Shown: positions 26,178 through 42,136 of the stretch, piece after piece
Layout of the letters: every line of letters starts with the position of its first letter
Position numbering within the stretch: the stretch's first letter is position 1
From: Hormiphora californensis
Taxonomy: Eukaryota > Animalia > Ctenophora
Length of the DNA stretch: 64,000 nucleotides
Assembly (NCBI GenBank): GCA_020137815.1
Contig: CM035350.1
Span: 3,658,001 to 3,722,000, forward strand
Reading direction: 5' to 3'
The notes under the pieces: model-generated
What the model saw: the letters and a program-made list of their open reading frames with translations, nothing else
Database searches by the model: none
What the model was told of the DNA's origin: nothing
Position numbers and translations under genes: made by a program

Positions 26178-26292
26178 TAACTGTGTAAAGGCAATGTGGC
26201 TAATGATCTAGCACTATCGATATGAAATAACAATTCTGTCTTTGTAGACACAGGATTCATGTTTTGAGCTTATATACTAATATAATGCATAG

Positions 26293-27960
26293 TTGAGTTA
26301 TCTGATACGCCCGGACCCCCGGTACAGACTATACAGAGCGGGGGTTATCAGGGAAGGTGGTTTATAATAGTCAGGAAAACTCTGTCAGGCCAATGCTCTG
26401 ACCACAGAACTGAGAATATAGGGTTAGGCCAATGCTCTGACAGGGAAAACTGCAGTAATGAGCGGCCCAGGTGGTGATTTCAGTAAAAAAGTAAAATCAC
26501 GCCTGATTCCTGTTCATAACTCCCCAGAATTTTAACAATTCTAACGCATCTCGCCAACAAGGTACGCGTACGAAAAAAGACAGATCATATGCATCTTGTA
26601 ACATGATACGAATAATTTGGTATCATAATGCCCACCTGTCCGATCTCAGTCGCTGGAAGACTATTCGATCTCAGGGTCAGCACACACCTTCACCGAACTA
26701 ATGATATGGAGGGTCGGAGGATTTTATGAGGTTCTCAAAGCATGAACGAATGTGTACAACAGATGCCCAATACTGAGCAATGACCATGCCTCAAAAGACA
26801 ATATAGCAACTACAGATCATATACCCCCGCTTTGTCTTGTCTTGACCAATGTCTTTAACCACAATTGCTGTCAGGAACTCCAAACAAAACGGGCTTAGGA
26901 TCTCTTATATGACCTGTATTAGACAAAAGATGATTTGAGCTTTCCCTAAATTGGATGTGTGTCTATAAACAGCTACGACGCGGTCGACAAGTACGACCGC
27001 TAAATTGTTAGACAACGAGCTGTATGTGGTCAGCCAATATGACGGAGAACCTTCCTTCCTTCCTTCCTTCCTTCCTTCCTTCCTTCCTTCCTTCCTTCCT
27101 TCCTTCCTTCCTTCCTTCCTTCCTTCCTTCCTTCCTTCCTTCCTTCCTTCCTTCCTTCCTTCCTTCCTTCCTTCCTTCCTTCCTTCCTTCCTTCCTTCCT
27201 TCCTTCCTTCCTTCCTTCCTTCCTTCCTTCCTTCCTTCCTTCCTTCCTTCCTTCCTTCCTTCCTTCCTTCCTTCCTTCCTTCCTTCCTTCCTTCCTTCCT
27301 TCCTTCCTTCCTTCCTTCCTTCCTTCCTTCCTTCCTTCCTTCCTTCCTTCCTTCCTTCCTTCCTTCCTTCCTTCCTTCCTTCCTTCCTTCCTTCCTTCCT
27401 TCCTTCCTTCCTTCCTTCCTTCCTTCCTTCCTTCCTTCCTTCCTTTGACCAACATCGTCTCTACAGCAACGCCCCCTCTTAACCGGAAATCAGTGTCAGA
27501 ATCAATGTGTTTTAATACATAAGAAATCCAGTGAGGCAGTGCAATGTGCATACATGGGTTTTTTGCCAAGCTAGGTTTTTTTCACGATCAAACGCCCTTC
27601 CCAACATGATTTACACTCACCTCTTACACTGCGACTTCTTTATTATTTTCTGATTTTTACACGCCATCTCCCATTATTGTTATGTTGATCAACTAACCCC
27701 TCCTTCTCAATCAATTAAATATCCCTTCCTCCATCAGTTTGATGAGGAAAAGATGAAACTAACACTGGAAGTTCTGGATTTGAAACGTTGGGAGATATCA
27801 TATGTGGAGGAGATAAATGAGTGAGATGTCCTTACTTACATTGAAAGAGAAATACTGGAATCAATAACACGGAATAAGTAAAAATTAGAACCTTATCTTT
27901 TAAAGTGGGAGTAGAGGTAATGGAGGAAAGACAGTGACCGACGACCGTCTTTGGTCGTGA
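26293..27960 (+). CDS. Possible small multi-exon gene, weakly UBX/ubiquitin-like; start not found
   Basis: Phase-compatible AG/GT-bounded exons give ELSDTPGPPVQTIQSGGYQGR/ILTILTHLANK/SLEDYSISGSAHTFTELMIWRVGGFYE/.../FDEEKMKLTLEVLDLKRWEISYVEEIND/GSRGNGGKTVTDDRLWS*. Confidence 0.3.
27050..27444. repeat. (CCTT)n microsatellite, about 395 bp
   Basis: Direct reading. Confidence 0.97.
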
Positions 27961-28856
27961 AACTCGTGTGATTTTTCTTAATTGTTCAATGCTCAATTAC
28001 TATTTCATGATCATTGATAAACTGATAAATGATAATGGTGGTTGCATTTGGCAATATATTGTCAAAAAATGTTTAGCTTTTCCTTTTGAGCGTTAAATCA
28101 AATATAATTACAGTTCAATTACATGTCAACAACACGTAGTCAATGCAACAAAAAGACTAATGTAAAACTAACAATATTGTTTTATGTACACTGAAACTTA
28201 ATGGAAACGAAATGAATGTGTTTTATATTCTTCCCACACACTTTTTGTCTGAAAATGACATAAGAAATGTGTGTTGATCTTGTTTGAAAACAATTAACAA
28301 CTCAAGAATCTAATTGGCCTCATTTATCTTCTCATCCTTGATTTCAGTCTTCTTCATCGAGTCTCCGAAGACAGAAGTGTGTGAAATTGAATGTTATGTA
28401 ACGCGCGAGAAGAAAATTGAGGGTAAAGTACTGCTTACTTCGCGCGGTGAGCCTCTTTCACGTGGTAAGCGCGCGCTCTCTTCTGGATGCTGCGTGCACT
28501 GCACAGTGCAGTCTCTTTCCGATGCTGTGCACTCTCTTTGAGGCTCTCGGACTCCTTATGGGTCACCATCAGTCTCCCAAAAACGTCCAAGAGGCCTCAA
28601 GTCTTAAAATTTTAAAAACGCATTTTGACATTTTTTGAATTTGACCAATTTGGTGCGCGTCGCAATGTGCGCGTCGCATGCGCGTCGCGATATGCGCGTC
28701 TCAACACATTCGGGGTGCCTCCATGGTCCCTGATGCGATAGAAACGTTACTCCGGGTGCATATGAAAGGTCTTAAATCATCTTTCCAGTGAATTTGTTAT
28801 CTCATTAGGAACCAGAGAAATCACAGAAATAGACTTTGCGAAAACCAGGGGGTGAG

Positions 28857-29694
28857 AACAGTTGCTCAGACAGCTCCCATTTACCTCGGAGCTTGACATC
28901 TACTACACCCCAGATGGGTCTGAGATTGAACCAAAACTCTGTGTACGGGATCTTGGGGTCCAATTGTCCAATGACCTGTCTTGGGATCAGCACATCGGAA
29001 ACATGACTGCAGAAGCCCGAAGGATAAGTGGATGGGTTCTACGTGCTTTCAAAACAAGACAGCCCAAGACAATGCTCATTCTCTACAAAAGTCTTGTCAG
29101 AAGCAAGCTGGAATATTGCTGCCCACTTTGGGACTCACCCAAAATCTCTGACATTATGAGTGTTGAAGCAGTACAGAGAAAGTTCACCAAACGCATTCTT
29201 GGAATGAGCGACCTGAGCTACTGGGATCGCTTGAAAAAACTGAACTTACGCTCCATGCAGCGACGTCGGGAACGCTACTCTATCATCATGGTGTGGAAGA
29301 TGGCGAACGGAAGTGCCCCCAACAACATTGGGCTGACATTCCACGATAATACAAGACTTGGAAGGAAAGCTGAGGTTCCAACATCCCCCACCACCACACA
29401 AGTGTCTGTCGCTACGAAGTACCATAACTCCTTTGCCTGCAGAGCGGCTCGACTTTGGAATACTCTACCAAGCAATGTGAATACGGCAGAAGACCTAGCC
29501 TCATTCAAAGTTCTCCTTGGTAAATGGCTGAAGAGATTCCCAGACCGTCCCCCGGTGACTGGATATTCTCGACAGAATAATAACTCAATTCTTGACTGGG
29601 CACGAATAGCTTCCAGGGAGGGGGAGGCTCTATGAGGAGCTGACACCTGTGCAGGATCTGCACAAAGAGGACTACAAGACTACAAGACTACAAG
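28857..29694 (+). mobile_element. 5'-truncated CR1/L2-clade LINE of a second subfamily; ORF 28862-29635
   Basis: VRDLGVQLS, YKSLVRSKLEYCCPLW, QRRRERY, LWNTLP, PDRPPVTGY; 3' tail (ACTACAAG)x3. Confidence 0.92.
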
Positions 29695-30529
29695 AAAAAG
29701 GACTTAATCATTTCCAGGTTATCTAGAAAGTCCATCAACTTAATGGGCAAACTAATAGTCTTACAGTGCTGCTTGCAGTCAAAATACGGTAACGCAAAAT
29801 ACAGTAAGGAGACGCGCACGGTGCATAACGCGCGGCAAAAAGTTCATGTGTCAGCACGTACTAGCGCCCTGATTGGTCACGGTTGCGCGTCGTCTTACTG
29901 TATCTTCGTTTTCCATTACCGTTTTCCCACTACAAGCGACCGTGTAATAGTTGAGACTAAAATCGGAATATTAAATTTTATATTGATGAAGTACAAACAA
30001 CAAAGTAAATTATTTGTAATTAGCTTGCCTTGTTTGTTGAACAAAACAATAATTAGCATACATTAATTAACAAATTATATCTAAATTCCTCACTTAAAAG
30101 CAAGAAGTCATGAATTGAGCTAGAATATGAAGTGCATTCAATGTTTATGATGTAAGGTAAGTAAAATGACATGTTCCAATCCCTCAACATATTTTGAGTC
30201 GCTTGACACTGTCTCCGAAATAAAAGTATGAACAATTCAACACATGTTGTCTCCCTCTTCACCAATGTTGTAACTTGTTTGACAGTGAAGATATCACTTG
30301 CCCATACCTGAATTTCCCTCTCTCTATTTCATCTATTCTATCTCTCCATCTCTAGTTCTTTCTCCCCCTCTCTCTCCCTCCCTCTTACTTCCTTTCTTTC
30401 TCTCTTCTGTCCCACATACAAATGTTTTCTCCCTCTCTCTCACTCTTTCTCTCGTACCCCTTGGAACCACACTTGGATCATGTAGACTGTAATTCTTTGC
30501 CAGTGAAAACATTTCTCTGTTTCTATATC

Positions 30530-31052
30530 ATGTTAGGTGTTCGTGCTCGCCCCAAGAGGGTCGCTTATACTCCACCTGTGTTTGATTCGTCTGGCAAGTT
30601 AGTCTCTGCTCCCCGTCACTTTCAATACGAGGAACAGTCACCCAGATCATCGGATCGTGGGCCTCGCGATCCGAACTTGAAGAAGATTCTGGAGGAGTAT
30701 CGGAGTGAGGAGTTCCGGAGACGAAGTGGAATAAGTTCTGGTACACCTGGAAAAGGAATAAATGAGAAAGGCAATGGAACCCTTTCTCCTGTCAGGAAAG
30801 ATATCAAATGCAGCACAGCACTGCCTGGAGAATGCACAATAATATCTGAATTAGAGGAGAGTACAAAACCTGCTGCAAAAATGTCTACACCAAGCTGCAC
30901 TCCTTCCCCTCTTGCTAATTCAGAGTTTCAATCTCCATACTCTTCAAAGCAGCACCTTCCTCCATCTGATATACAATCACGGCAGGAATCTGGTGTTGTG
31001 TACAACTATGGGACGCCGAGGTGAACAAATGACCTCTCCTCCCACCCCTCTT

Positions 31053-31122
<70 letters not shown>

Positions 31123-32060
31123 ACTCTCTCTCTTTTTCTCTCAACAGTAACACCCATCCTCCCTCTCTACTATAGACCACGCCAGTACAACACAAGGATG
31201 TTGGAGAGACAGCGGACATTCATTTGTCACAACATACCCAATGATGTTACGATGGGCATGATAAAAACTCAGCTCAAACTATACAACATAGGTAATGTCT
31301 AGCTTACTGAAATAATTTTGCCTCGTTTGCAGTTCTACATTCATGCTCAGATCAGATATTTATTGGTTCTTGTTACAGGAGCCTATGTGGCCATCAATGA
31401 GCGGAGCAAGGATAAAACTCGGTTCTGCAAGATAACTGTGGAAACTGATAATCAAGCTGAGCACCTCGAAAATGTGAGATTGGAAATCAGAAAATATTTA
31501 AAACGATAGAAATAAGCTGTAATAATCCGTTGAAACACCCCCTCCGGCCTCTTCCTCCAAGCTTGACTATTCATTAACCCTATTTCAGTTGTGTGAAGTG
31601 ACGGTAGGTCGGTCTGTACTGGAGTTCAAGCCTGATCTTCAGTTGAGTGACGACCAGAAAGACAGACAAAAGGTCTCCAATGTCCTCTCTGTCCACAGGT
31701 AATACCAAAACCGCCTGGGTGACTCCGGGGGGGGGGGGGGGTACACTCCCGGTGATCGGCAGATCTGCTAATTCATATCCCTTCTAACTCTTACATGAAG
31801 TACCATCTTCCATATATACCAACCCAACACTGTTTCAGGCAGGCGCAAGACCTTGGTATAGATTTGGAAGCAGTCCTCAAGCGACCAGAGACTAAAGATC
31901 ATACCTATATCCCCCATGAGATGCTTGGAAGAACTACTAGATCTAGTTGCACAGTTAGACACACTCTGGAGGAGAAATCACAACCGGTAATCTAGATCTG
32001 TCTAAGACTCTGATTGTTTTGAGATTAATTAATTGTTACACCTTTATTTCTCACTCTGTT

Positions 32061-32114
<54 letters not shown>

Positions 32115-33312
32115 ACTCTCTCTCTCCCCCTCTATATCTCATTAGCTCATTTATTTCTCTTGCACTTTCGACTGATATCATCATTTCTCCTGTTTTCACT
32201 GTCAGGTTTTGTTGTTCAAGACGTCTCGTGTCGATATGCGTACTAACCGTGTCAAGGACCGTCCCAAAGAGGAAGAGTATTTGGATGCCCTTCAGCCCTC
32301 TCAACTGGACGTCACCTTCCCAGAAACACCCCTTGCAGAGATAGAGAAGTTTTATAGCAACTCTACACCCAGCAATGTGTCTTGTAACTTGCCCCTAAAC
32401 CTCAGTGTCACCCCTATAACACCCCCGGACAAGAACTCTGTAAAGGTGGAGACTGGGAATTTAGAGATGAAACGGCTCGCTGAGGAGAGACAGCGAAGGA
32501 AGGAGAGACAGGCAGCTGGGACCCCTCTCTCTAGTAAACCTGTTTTCAAGCCGGCTATAATAGGGAACAGTGTACCAGTCAAGGACACAAAACCTGTCAT
32601 GACACCTAAAAAGAGTGTCCCGGATAAGGAAAATAACACCCGTGATCAGATCACCATCCCCCGCAAAACCTTCCTACATCCCCAAGTTTACCCCTCCACC
32701 TATCCTGAAAAGACCACCCAAGACATCTTCTACCGTTCCTTCCACCTAACACCACCTAACACGCCACACAACAAGGCAGATGGACGTGCCTGGGACCTAC
32801 CCTATGAGTTTAGTCTTTACTCAACTAAACATCAACTTGATAACTGGTTCTCACCCTGTCTCACTGAACCAATCTCCTCACCTATTGGTGATGTTACACA
32901 GCCACCTGACGACCTGGCCAGCGTAGCATGTCCTTACCAGGAGGCCGGGGATAACAAGGACCTGCTAACTTTCCTTCTCAAGGATGTTGATGACATCATC
33001 ACCCAGGGAGACTACACCCACCTCAACGAGATCTCAATTCAGGCCCAACAATTGTTGGACAGGATGGAAGGCGAGGGACAAGTCTGGGATCTCCTGGCTG
33101 GCACCGAGCCCATTCAGAACAAGATAGATACAGTAACGTTGGTGAAGGAGCTGGAGGATGGGGGTGATATTGAACTAGCGGAGGAGTTGCGAGAGGAGGA
33201 GGGTCTGGAGGGAGATGTAAAGGAGGAGTTGGATAGTTGTAGAGCTGATTTTCTGTTTTTTAAACTGAAGAATGCTATTGAGTGTCTTGATACGCGTGGG
33301 CTTTGTGTTTAA
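30530..33312 (+). CDS. Uncharacterised protein of about 690 aa with one divergent RRM-like domain (6 exons; true start may be upstream)
   Basis: Phase-consistent exons at about 30530-31020, 31176-31291, 31379-31473, 31589-31698, 31839-31986, 32206-33312. RRM-like segments RTFICHNIPNDVTMGMIKTQL and KTRFCKITVETDNQAEHL. Confidence 0.65.
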
Positions 33313-33612
33313 TGTTTTCAGCGGCTAATGATATTTTGGGCCTCCGATTTTATCAATGGGGCATCTTGTGCTGCGCTGATTTTGTTATCTTGATTACTCG
33401 AGAAGTTTATTTTGTATCCTACAGCACCTTGTTGTTGTCACTATTTTAAAAAGCTAAAATTTTCATGTTTAATTTTATATTCTGAGACCGTTTGTTTGTT
33501 TTCCCCCTCTTCAAAACCATAGTACCTTTCCCTATCAGTAACTTGCTTTACAACTTGCTGTTTTGTCCAATGCCCAATCTCTCACCCACTAACATTATTA
33601 TAGCAGCTGGTA

Positions 33613-35813
<2,201 letters not shown>

Positions 35814-36194
35814 CGGGAAGTGTGTTATGAGCAGATTTAAGTTATTTAATGCCATAATTTTAACCAAAATATGCCCCATTATTTAGTTCTGAAAACTGAA
35901 TTCTCTGCCCCGGGTGCATGTCCCACGGTCTGTCTCACACACCCATTGTTACTTCGTGTAACGCGCGGCAACACCGCATTAATTCAGTTCGCGCTAATTC
36001 TTCCCCGGGCGTGGTTCGATGTCACGGTCGTGTAGAATGAGAGGAGGGGCTGTCTGGCGTCGCCGATCACTGTAGAGTTTTAAACGGGATCTTTAGGTGC
36101 CAGACAGGGGAGGGCTAAAGTAGGAAACATACCAGGGTTTCAGACCTCCACTTTCCGGATTGAATTTAGTTTATATTTCCCCTGGAAATTACTA

Positions 36195-36317
36195 CAGTCG
36201 GACCGCGATTTACCGGGATGCTCGGGGGAAAGGGTTTGGCCCGGTATATCGGGGTCAAATACTGTTAATTTCCTATTTCGGGGAAGATTATCCTCCCGGT
36301 AAATCGGGGTCCGACTG
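36195..36317. mobile_element. pogo/Tigger-like MITE with TA TSD
   Basis: TA-CAGTCGGACCGCGATTTACCGGGA...TCCCGGTAAATCGGGGTCCGACTG-TA. Confidence 0.85.
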
Positions 36318-36438
36318 TATTTACTGAACAAGAATAAGCTCATCAATCAGTCGTGTTTTGAGAGATAAAACAAATCATAAAACCACATGATTAAACATGG
36401 ATAAGCCCTTAACAAAAACGCCAGTCCTTCGTAATAAA

Positions 36439-39400
36439 TTATTCGTTTCGTTTGTGAGGTGGCTTGTAGGATCCATGCCGTCCAGACTTCCCAGCGGTTA
36501 CAAAACCATCGTTCTCTTGTCCGTCACCTTGTGATCGAGATCCTTGGTTCCGTGCTTCACCACCCTCAGGAGTAGAGCGGGATCCCTGGCCGGATCTTGG
36601 TGGGGCTGACGGGGGGAATGGTGTTATGGCGCAACTTGTTTGAGGGACCGCGCGGGCAAACTGCTGAAATGGTGTAGTTTACATGTGAGAGAGCCGCGCG
36701 CAAACTTACCTCCTCCGACGGGTTCCTGACGATTCTCAACCGGTACAGTTCGCTTCTGGAGGTTCAACTTTCTACGTCCACCAGTAGATGGGGCCTCGTC
36801 ACGGGAAGGTTCATCTCTGCGGGGGCTCTCCCTTTGAGGACTGGCCTTACGGACACTGCTCCTCCAGCCACCACCATCACCCCGAGAATCCCTGTCACGG
36901 TCACCACGGCCGCCATAGTCACCACGGCCGCCATAATCTCGGTCCCGATCACCGCGACCTCCAAAGTCTCGATCTCGATCTCCACGGCCAAAGTCTCGGT
37001 CTCGGTCCCCACGGCCTCCAAAGTCTCTGTCTCGATCTCCACGGCCAAAGTCTCGGTCTCGGTCCCCGCGGCCTCCAAAGTCTCGAGTATCTCTTGAGTC
37101 CCTATCCCTGGCTCCCCGTGCATCATAGACATCACCTTTTCGTTCCTTCTCCCTGGCCTCTTTCTTTGCCATAACCTCAGCCTCTTTCTCCATCTGCTTC
37201 TTAGCAGCAGCCCTTGCCTCTTCCTCATCCCTCTGTCTTTCCTCCTTGAACTTTCTCAACTCTTCTTCTTTCTGTCTCTTCTTCTCCATCTCCTCCCGGG
37301 CTCGGGTCTCCTCGTTCCTCTTCCTGGTGAGGTCTCGGAGGATCTCCTGTTTCTTCTCCTCCCTCCTATCCGCCCTCGCAATCGCTATCTCTTCTTCGTA
37401 GTCTTCCAACTGTCGAGAGTATTCTTCCTCCTGCGGATGGGCATTTAATTTAGTGGGATACCGGGTAACTAATTAGTAACTAACTAATTAGTAGACTGAG
37501 TATTCAGCCATTTCTTTTGCATTGGGTCAGATTTGAATCTGCTTCTGCAGAAAATGGAAAAGCTGTGAAACACATACCAGTGAAGTGAGAAGGTCCGCAA
37601 CAAAGTCATCCTTATCATCCTTCATCCTTAGCAGCCTCTCTCTGGTAGTGATATCCTGTTCTCTCTTTTTGATGGCCATCTCGATCTTGTCAGCCTCCTT
37701 CTTCTCCCACCAAACCTTGGTCTCCTTCTGGGTCTCCTCCCACTCATCCTCAAACAAGGGAATCTCAACCAGCCGCTGGGCTCGTGTGTTGTAGTCCAAT
37801 CGACGCTCAACCTGATATATGGTGTGACCAAATGTTAACAACAATATAATAGTACACTTTTAATTTCGTTCATTTTAAAACTTATCATCCTGTTTCAAAA
37901 AGTCTTTCTCTCTCTCTCTCTCTCTCACCTGTCTCATTTTCTGTTTGAACTCGTTCTTCTCCTTGCTCATGTACTCAATACCACGGGCCAGTAGGTCTTC
38001 CTCCTCCATTTCACAAAGCTCCTCCTCTGTGAGACCCTTGAAGGGCTCCTCTCCCACCTAACAGGGGCAGAAAATGGGTGAGCAAGGGCAGAGAACGGGG
38101 TGATAGGTGGGAGAGAATGGGACGATGGTCGGGAGAGAATGGGCGAGAAGGGGGTGATGGATAGGAGAGAAGGGGGCTCAGGTTAGTATAAAATATTTCA
38201 GCAGTACCTGTTCCATGAGCTTCTTGACACGTTCCATCTTCAACAATTTATCCTTGTGTTTCTCTTCCCTTGCACTCCTCTCCTCAGTCCTCTTCTTCTC
38301 CTCCTCATCCCTTCGCTTGGTCTCCGCCTTGGCTGCCTCCACCCTCGTCTTCTCTCTCTCCTGCAGCTCGGCTCTCTCTTTCTCGGTGTTGAGGTTCTCA
38401 TAATACTCCTTCCTGTTCTCGATCATTTCCTTTCGTTTGATCATGTTCTGCTGGTCCTTCTTGGCACCCTTCAGATAGTTGGAAATGGCATCGTGTCGTG
38501 CTTGCTCCTTCGCCTTCTGCACAGGGGAACAAGGGTTCGGTTAGTACAAAAAAACACAGTATATCACTGATGATCTACCGCTGGTAGTGAAACATTTGTT
38601 TTCTGTTAAAACCCTGTTGTTTGTATTTGTAGTATATCACAGATCTGATAATGTCAAATATATTGTGGTATCTCACGTACAGCTTGAATCTGGGGGCAGA
38701 TAAGTTGGACACTATGGTTGAGAGATCGGTGAAGGGACACCTAACTGGTTCCTGAACATCTCACTAGGCATCTGCTGAACAGTAGGTCCACTGAGGGGGG
38801 ATGGGTAATATTATATTGAGAATCATTCTAGTGCAGATAGCCCGGATAATTCCTCTCTCTCTCACGTTCTGTTTCTACTGACTGTTTTTATACATCACTT
38901 TGTAACTGTTATGCTTGGTAACCATGGAAACTAAGCTGTGTGTATGCATCTAATCGATAACAGAGTAAACGATAACTCATCCTCTTAAATGGCATACTTT
39001 CTATCTACACAGAACTCGCTACTATCATTTATTACGGGACAATGACCCACATTTGTCCCCAACTAACACTGTTACATGTAACATTTAACACTGTTATACA
39101 TGTAACATGTGCAATATATCTCTAATACCTTGACGTTTCCTCCCGTTGGTACTGGATGGTACTACCAAAGATGAAAGTGCCAGTGCTGTGGTCAATCCTC
39201 AGCTGGAGATCCAGAGTACGGGCAGGGTCAATAATTAACCGCTCCAGCTCTAGCTCCTCAATAAAGGGAATCAGAGAGACAACCTTGGACATGGTTATCT
39301 TGTCGTAAACCTAGGAAGAAGACTTTTGTAAGTCGTCATACTGCTGTGTTTTTAGTTGTTCAAATTGGGCGGGTCTAAACCAGACACGGTTTATTAATGA

Positions 39401-42095
39401 AGAGAGAGGATCTAGATAGATATGCAATTAAAGTACAAACCTGAGCGAGTTGTCTCATGAGACGGAGGATGGCAACCTGTCGGACATCCTTCGTGTAGGC
39501 AGTCATGGAGGGGTACTTCTCCTCTACCCCCAGCAACATGGTATGGATCTCTGAACACATCTGAAAGGAGAGTGGTAAATCCAGGGATATTGTGGAGTAT
39601 AGTATAGACCTTCGAGAATCGTACCAAAAAGGGGGGGGGGACTACTCTAGGCCTGGGTATCATGGAGTAGGGGATATTTTCGAGACACCCTTGGTCCCAC
39701 CCTTCCCGAAACACACACCCCTACCTTGAGTGGTTTGAAGTCCAATTCGAGAAGTTTAAAGAGAGGCTGGAGTTCCGGGTAGACCTTTCCAGGGATGCCA
39801 TGTTTCACGATATCCTGCACTAGGGTGTCCCGGGTGGGAGCATGGGGCAACTCCAGATAACTAGCAAGGGTCATGTTCTTATCCTTTGTAGCGTTCTGCA
39901 GGTCGAGGTACTTCTCATTCTCGCTCATGGAGGAGGGAAGGGGAATGGCCAAGGTGGCCATGAGGACACCTGAAGCGAGCATCTGTTTTTCCTGCTCGGT
40001 GGCTGTTTTCTTGAGATCCGTAACCAGCTGGTAGTGTTTCATTAGTGCACACGCTTCAAACAACCTGATTAATTTGGGGGTCAGTGTCACAAAGTTATTG
40101 GGGAGGAAGGAGGCAGAATTTATAGAATATAGGGTATACATTACCTGTTACTAGCCTTGCTAAAAACGAGGGCCTGTTGCTTGTAGTAGTTGGCTAGGGC
40201 CTGAGGTTTAGGTCGCTTCTTGCTGAGCTGCATTAACGAGTGGATATCGTGGATCGTCTTGATTGCTTCCTGGGATATTATCATTATTACCAGGCTCCTC
40301 TAGTGTAGGACTGTATTGGATATTACCCATCAATATCCAAGTCAAGAATTAATTTATCTCACCTGCCAGAGGTTGATATTGATGGCACAGTTTATCTCAC
40401 CTGCCACAGGTTGATATTGATGGCACAATTTATCTCACCTGCCACAGGTTGATATTGATGGCACAGTCCAGCTGGTGTAGTCTGGTATCCAGATGAAGTT
40501 GTAGGGACACCGGATCATTCAGATTGACCGAGTTGGTCTGATGACTATGCTTGATCACCAGGTTCAGATGGTTCCTGACACTGTCCGATAGCTTACGGAA
40601 CTCAGCTTTTCGCTCGTACTTGATACAGAAATTGAACGCTGTATGTGAGAGAGAAGACGAATTATTGGAGTTGTCAAATAAACGGTGTATCTCTAGTATC
40701 TCTAGTATCATACCCGGTCTAGATACCACTGATGGTATTGTGGCAACCTAAAACCAGGCACCATGGCAACCTAAAACACCTACCCACTTGGTCACTATGG
40801 CAACCTAAAACACCTACACACTTGGTCACCATGGCAACCTAAAACACCTACCCACTTGGTCACCATGGCAACCTAAAACACCTACCCACTTGGTCACCAT
40901 GGCAACCCAAAACACCTACCCACTTGGTCACCATGGCAACCCACAACACCTACCCATCTGGGCGATATCCTGGTAGAGTTTCTCCACCTTGTTGTTGTTC
41001 TTTAAAATATCCAGAACATGCCTGTAAACCTCCCACAGGAACTTTACCCAAGGTGTCAGCACGGTCCTGTCAGCTCGATCTTGACTGTCCTCTCCAGAAA
41101 CTGTAGCCAACATCAGACTGGGAAGTTTAGTTCGATCAGGGGTTGAAGGTGAGTGGTGAAATATATTAGTGTTTGAAGGAATTGTTTCAGATAATAGTTG
41201 TCAGCAGGGTCTTTGCAGCGATCAAGTGTGGAATCATAAACGAGAACACCGGCGGGGGTTCTCTCCCCAGGCAAGTGCCAGGGGAGAGAGAGACTTCCCC
41301 TACTTCTCGGTGAGTGGGAAATCCTTACTTCTCTGGGGTGTACACCATATCAAGATCGTCTACATCAGCCAGGGTCTCCTTCGCCTCCCTGCTCGCCTCC
41401 TCAGCCCTGTTCTCAGCCATCTGTACAAACCTCCTGATAACCTGAAAAGTGGGGTTGGGGTTTAATAGGGTGGGGGGGGGGGGAGTTATGAAAAATGGGG
41501 GGTTAAAGAGTGGGGGAGTTATAAAAATTGGGGGGGGGGGGGGTAGTTACTAGTTGTCAAAGTGATTATACTGGAATCAACTACTATTTTCAAACTACTC
41601 AAATAATATGAATTTTCTCTCTCTAGGGAATTCAGGTCTTACCTTCTCCAGTGAGTTGATATCAGTGTTCTGGGTCAGAATCTTGTACTGGTATAGACCC
41701 TCCTTGGCAGCGTGCCCTTTCTTCAGATCAACACATAGCTCCAGGTACTGGTTGATGATGGGCTCGTGCACGTCATGCTGATATTGCCGGTGACGTCTCA
41801 TCCGGAGAACCTGGGGGGGGGAGGGGGAGTTATCATTATAAGGTGTAGTTCCCCAGCTAGAAGACCAATCCAAGACCAATACTCTTCATGGCAACTGACA
41901 TCTCACCTCGGTTACCATGGTAACTGACATCTCACCTCGGTTACCATGGCAACTGACAACTCACCTTGGCTACCATGGCAACTGACAACTCACCTCGTGC
42001 AGGGTATCGAGGGCATCGGTGTAGTTTTGGACGCGGATGAACTCCAACGCCCGGCGTAAAGCATGCTCCGGATTATTGTAGTACACCATTGGCAT
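36439..42095 (-). CDS. EIF3A: Eukaryotic translation initiation factor 3 subunit A (about 15 exons)
   Basis: [77 protein letters not shown] region, coiled coil, [10 protein letters not shown]-terminal repeats; stop at 36439-36441. Confidence 0.96.
40745..40956. repeat. Intronic minisatellite, about 6 x 33 bp, containing CCATGGCAAC
   Basis: Unit TTGGTCACCATGGCAACCTAAAACACCTACCCAC abutting an eIF3a donor site. Confidence 0.9.
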
Positions 42096-42136
42096 ACTAT
42101 TATATGGAGATGAGGATATTATGTTGTAATACTACC

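Noticed and set aside
27005-27569. PSFL / RKEG repeat ORFs
   Set aside because: Translations of (CCTT)n.
27764-27800. TFQIQNFH as the GNAS exon preceding MFDV
   Set aside because: In-frame stop just upstream, weak donor, no RCRVLTSG.
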